Origin: an uncultured Planctomycetaceae bacterium
GTDB taxonomy: Bacteria; Planctomycetota; Planctomycetia; Isosphaerales; Isosphaeraceae
Direction of reading: 5' to 3'
Assembly: GCA_963833985.1 (NCBI GenBank)
Contig: CAWIAD010000002.1
Coordinates: 4,736,001 to 4,800,000, forward strand
DNA: 64,000 bases
The notes below the pieces were generated by a model. The model made no database searches. It was not told where the DNA came from and saw only the letters and a program-made list of their open reading frames with translations. This document shows positions 62,001-64,000 of this stretch, piece by piece (the first letter of the stretch is position 1; every line of letters starts with the position of its first letter). A program made the position numbers and the translations under genes.

Positions 62001-63261
62001 CGGCCCCGACCCGGCCGTAGCACTCGACGAGCATGCGATTGAGCGGGGCGTCGAGTTGCGGCAGCGACTTCAAAAGGGCCCGCGCCGACTCGATCTTGGG
62101 GATCGCCTCGGCCCACTGCTTGCGCTGAAAGAGGACCTTCGCATCCAGGTAGCGCCCGAGCGTCTCGCCCATGCCCGCGTCCCGCAGCCGCGTGATGTAG
62201 CTCTCGGCCTGATTCTCGCCGTCGATCTTGTTTTCCGAACTGAGCGTGTCCGCCAGCCGGAAGGCGAGATCCGGGGAAGGATGCTCCTTGTCGGCCTGCC
62301 GCAGGACCGCCTCGGCCCGGTCGAGGTGTCCATCGCGCGTCTCCAGCTCCGCCAGGGCGATCGGGAAGGCGATATTCCCGGCATGCCGCTTCATCCCCTT
62401 CTGGAGATATCCCCGCGCCCCGGCCAGATCCTGCTTCTGCTCGGCCGCCAGCGCCGCGGTCAGGAGGACATCGGGGTCCTCGGGTGCCAGTTGCAAAGCC
62501 TGCTTCAGATCAGCCTCTGGCGCGGGCGGGCGGAACTCCGCGAGATATCGGAACCGCTCGAGGCGAGCGTGGCCCGAGCCCGGGTTGCTGGCGAGCATCC
62601 AGTCGATCTCGCGGTCGGCCTCCCTGGGATCCTTGCCCAGAGATCCACGCTCCAGACGGGCAAGCTGGACGTAGCTGAAAAGCCGGCTCGGATCGTACGA
62701 GATCGCCTCCTCGAACTCACTGGCCGCCGCCGGGAAATCGGCATCCAGAAGCAGGCATTTGCCATCGAGCTCCTTCAGTTCCGCGAGCTCGACCGCGGCG
62801 CTGGCGACGTCGGTGGCGTCCTGGCTCTTCTCCAGCTTGTTGGCGGCACGGCCAATCAGGTCTTTCAGGAAGCGCCTGGCGTCGGCCGTTCGTTCCGGCC
62901 GCAGTTCCAGTGCCAAGTCCACGCTGCGCCGTTCCAGCGCCTGGTCGTCAGGATTGTGACTCAGGGCCTCCTGATAGACCAGGTAAACCTGCTCCCGGCG
63001 CCGGGGATCCGTCGTGGACTCATCGGTCAGACGGGCATACGACCGCCAGGTCTCGCTATCGTTCGGCCGCAGGCCGAGGTACCGATGGAGTGCCTCCGCG
63101 GCTGTGGCCCGGTTGCCCTGCAACTCCTCCTTGCGAGCACGTTCGATCAGGGCGAAGGCATTGCGTTGCACCTGTCGGCTACGAACAAAGCAGGCCGCGC
63201 CGCCCAGGACGCAGAGTGCCAGGACCGCGCCCGCCAGGAGAACTACGTTAACCTTTCTCAT
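59029..63261 (-). CDS. Large TPR-repeat protein with N-terminal membrane anchor (EPS/PEP-CTERM locus)
   Basis: 1410 aa, TM VVLLAGAVLALCVLGGAAC, many TPR helices (YLGLRPND, ALQLAPED, ALNALAWLLA, VLDTQA). Confidence 0.87.
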   Translation of the reverse strand: MRKVNVVLLAGAVLALCVLGGAACFVRSRQVQRNAFALIERARKEELQGNRATAAEALHRYLGLRPNDSETWRSYARLTDESTTDPRRREQVYLVYQEALSHNPDDQALERRSVDLALELRPERTADARRFLKDLIGRAANKLEKSQDATDVASAAVELAELKELDGKCLLLDADFPAAASEFEEAISYDPSRLFSYVQLARLERGSLGKDPREADREIDWMLASNPGSGHARLERFRYLAEFRPPAPEADLKQALQLAPEDPDVLLTAALAAEQKQDLAGARGYLQKGMKRHAGNIAFPIALAELETRDGHLDRAEAVLRQADKEHPSPDLAFRLADTLSSENKIDGENQAESYITRLRDAGMGETLGRYLDAKVLFQRKQWAEAIPKIESARALLKSLPQLDAPLNRMLVECYGRVGAEEQRLRALRDVAENRLAGESTRVEYARSLVRAGKLDDAIAVLAPLAERVPELRLDLLSALIQKANRTPRDPAVWREVERQLSLAGKALPGSAERLTLLRAEMLVARDRMDEAGKLLTEAQAKDPRNLPYRLALARVAQRQGKGVESLKIIDQAEKDLGPSLSIQLARLDHWGRQGDEAAKAAVAKLAETRAQVAAADRPAFLDGLTVTEIRLREPARAREHLAELAALQPENLQVRLTLFDLAIEAGDHAAAADLVQDLHKLEGDRGTHWRFAQAALLIEKARKGVSQDLEQARVLAAEIEQQRPDWWAGPTLTGELADLAGNLDLAIEQDLRAVDLGNVQPSFARRLVGLLYQRSRFAEIDHVAQVLRERGVALDEITLIKAVEAMQKQSFDEGIALVRQVYSDTSTRAGDHLALGRFYATAGRNEAAGKEFRRAVELGPGVPEAWLAHVQYLTQTRQIDQAKSAIDAAQQALPADRADVTLALCWMAVGDLKRAEAQIGKALNSGGKPADPEALKIATIVAAAQNRPDKVEEFLNWLEQLAQVSRTDKAWIHRTRAELLLGRGRLAAQDQALALVEQNLKDDPGSVADQLLKGNLLALRPSRRGEAVDVLEPLGAANRLDSNEQFLLAQLYLAQREEQKYQDEMFKLLKSRTRSPQHLAHFVNYWIGQNQLDQAERWLGELKQVEPNGIAALELEARLLDVRNRKPQVLALLVARGRQIPDQIGLVADLLSRYGFTREAEQAYKAYIARDPREPERVLALARFLVAQDRVNEAMTIFRKAWSTCRPEMVAAAAISVFDAPSADEAQKHQVEAWSVEALQKRPDSAVLVGGLSAIWIRQNHYDEAETLCRRTLASDPENVGALNALAWLLAMRDQGKPQEALELINRAAETLGENVSVLDTQAVVRIKAGQIDQAVEALRSIRKQAPKVPRFAFHLAWALQAQGQSDLARKEMGDAEKLGLKAQMLDALEQAVLQQMHKDLPLGQTGSS

Positions 63262-63366
63262 GTGTCACCACCCAACCAGCAGCATCATAAGACTTGTTCC
63301 AACAACCGCGACTCTGTTCGCAAGGCGGCCTTACACTGCCCGCGGGCCGATTTCATCAGATTGCAG

Positions 63367-64000
63367 CTAGCTGGCGTAGGTTGGACGAACGTGCGAGCTG
63401 ACAGCAATTGGCTCTCCCTGCGGCAAGGGCTCGACGGGGAGTTGATTGTAAAGGGGAAACCGGAAAATCCTGGCGATGACAGGACCGGGAACACACAGCA
63501 AGCCGAACACAGTGGCCAGCGCAATTCTCAGGTCGAGCCAGATTCCATGGTGATCGCGGTAGTAGAGGTCGTAACGCAGCTTGGTGCGCACTGCATCCAG
63601 GTTGGTGTCGGGGCCCTGAAGAACCTGGGCCAATCCGCTGAGTCCTGGTCGAACCAGGAGGCGGTCGCGATAGTTCGAGAAACAACGATCGAGTTGTTCA
63701 GCGATCTCCGGCCGCTCGGGACGGGGGCCGATGAGACTCATTTCACCTCGAACGACATTGACCAGCTGCGGAAGTTCGTCGAGGTGCGTGGCGCGGAGAA
63801 GACGCCCCAGCCGGGTGACTCTCGGATCACCCTGGCCTGACCACACCGGACCAGAATTCCGCTCGCAGTCCACATACATGGTCCGGATCTTGTGGATGCA
63901 AAAAAGCCTCCCACCAGATCCCAGCCGTCTCTGCGAGTAGATGGGGGAACCTTTTGAACCCAAGCGAACGGCGATCAGGCAGAGCAGGATGACGGGAGAC
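63367..64000 (-). CDS. Polyprenyl-phosphate sugar transferase (Bac_transf family); 5' end outside window
   Basis: PIYSQRRLG, KIRTM, DPRVTRLGRLLRATHLDELPQL, MSLIGPRPERP, PGLSGLAQV, YDLYY. Confidence 0.92.
   Translation of the reverse strand, partial: SPVILLCLIAVRLGSKGSPIYSQRRLGSGGRLFCIHKIRTMYVDCERNSGPVWSGQGDPRVTRLGRLLRATHLDELPQLVNVVRGEMSLIGPRPERPEIAEQLDRCFSNYRDRLLVRPGLSGLAQVLQGPDTNLDAVRTKLRYDLYYRDHHGIWLDLRIALATVFGLLCVPGPVIARIFRFPLYNQLPVEPLPQGEPIAVSSHVRPTYAS

Noticed and set aside
60124..63840. 1238-aa plus-strand ORF (also 29158..31203, 11008..13368, 8013..9938, 49673..51301)
   Set aside because: Antisense shadows of well-supported genes, expected at high GC; no recognisable motifs.

Overview
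GC-rich bacterial chromosomal window. Gene content (DUF1592/DUF1552 pair, DUF4058, ECF sigma factors fused to beta-propellers or paired with Ser/Thr kinases, prenyltransferase-repeat protein, large EPS-linked TPR protein) points to Planctomycetota, probably Isosphaeraceae-like (inference from gene families only). About 36 protein-coding genes; no rRNA, tRNA, CRISPR array, transposase or integrase recognised. Roughly 21 one- or two-base indels split about 15 otherwise intact genes, which looks like long-read assembly error, so I report reconstructed genes. Order: treS-maltokinase fusion, trans-sulfuration enzyme plus PP2C, M16 peptidase, prenyltransferase-repeat protein, GNAT, PQQ dehydrogenase, esterase, double hybrid kinase, ECF-propeller fusion, DUF4058, DUF1592/DUF1552, lactonase, a vWA/DUF58/BatA operon, a ~10.5 kb block of unrelated genes (Uma2, DUF1080, SDR, HEAT, ECF plus kinase, NTase pair), a DUF4159/DUF4175-like operon, GH3, and the end of an EPS/PEP-CTERM locus. 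Best candidates for something new: (1) a divergent, interrupted MoxR-type vWA/DUF58/DUF4159/DUF4175 envelope system with two extra secreted partners; (2) an ECF-paired membrane kinase carrying an extracytoplasmic CxxCH motif before WD40 repeats; (3) an SDR lacking the catalytic YxxxK; (4) a 14-bp inverted repeat bracketing a PEP-CTERM gene; (5) several families of REP-like palindromes. All family calls are from motif recognition by eye; no searches were run.
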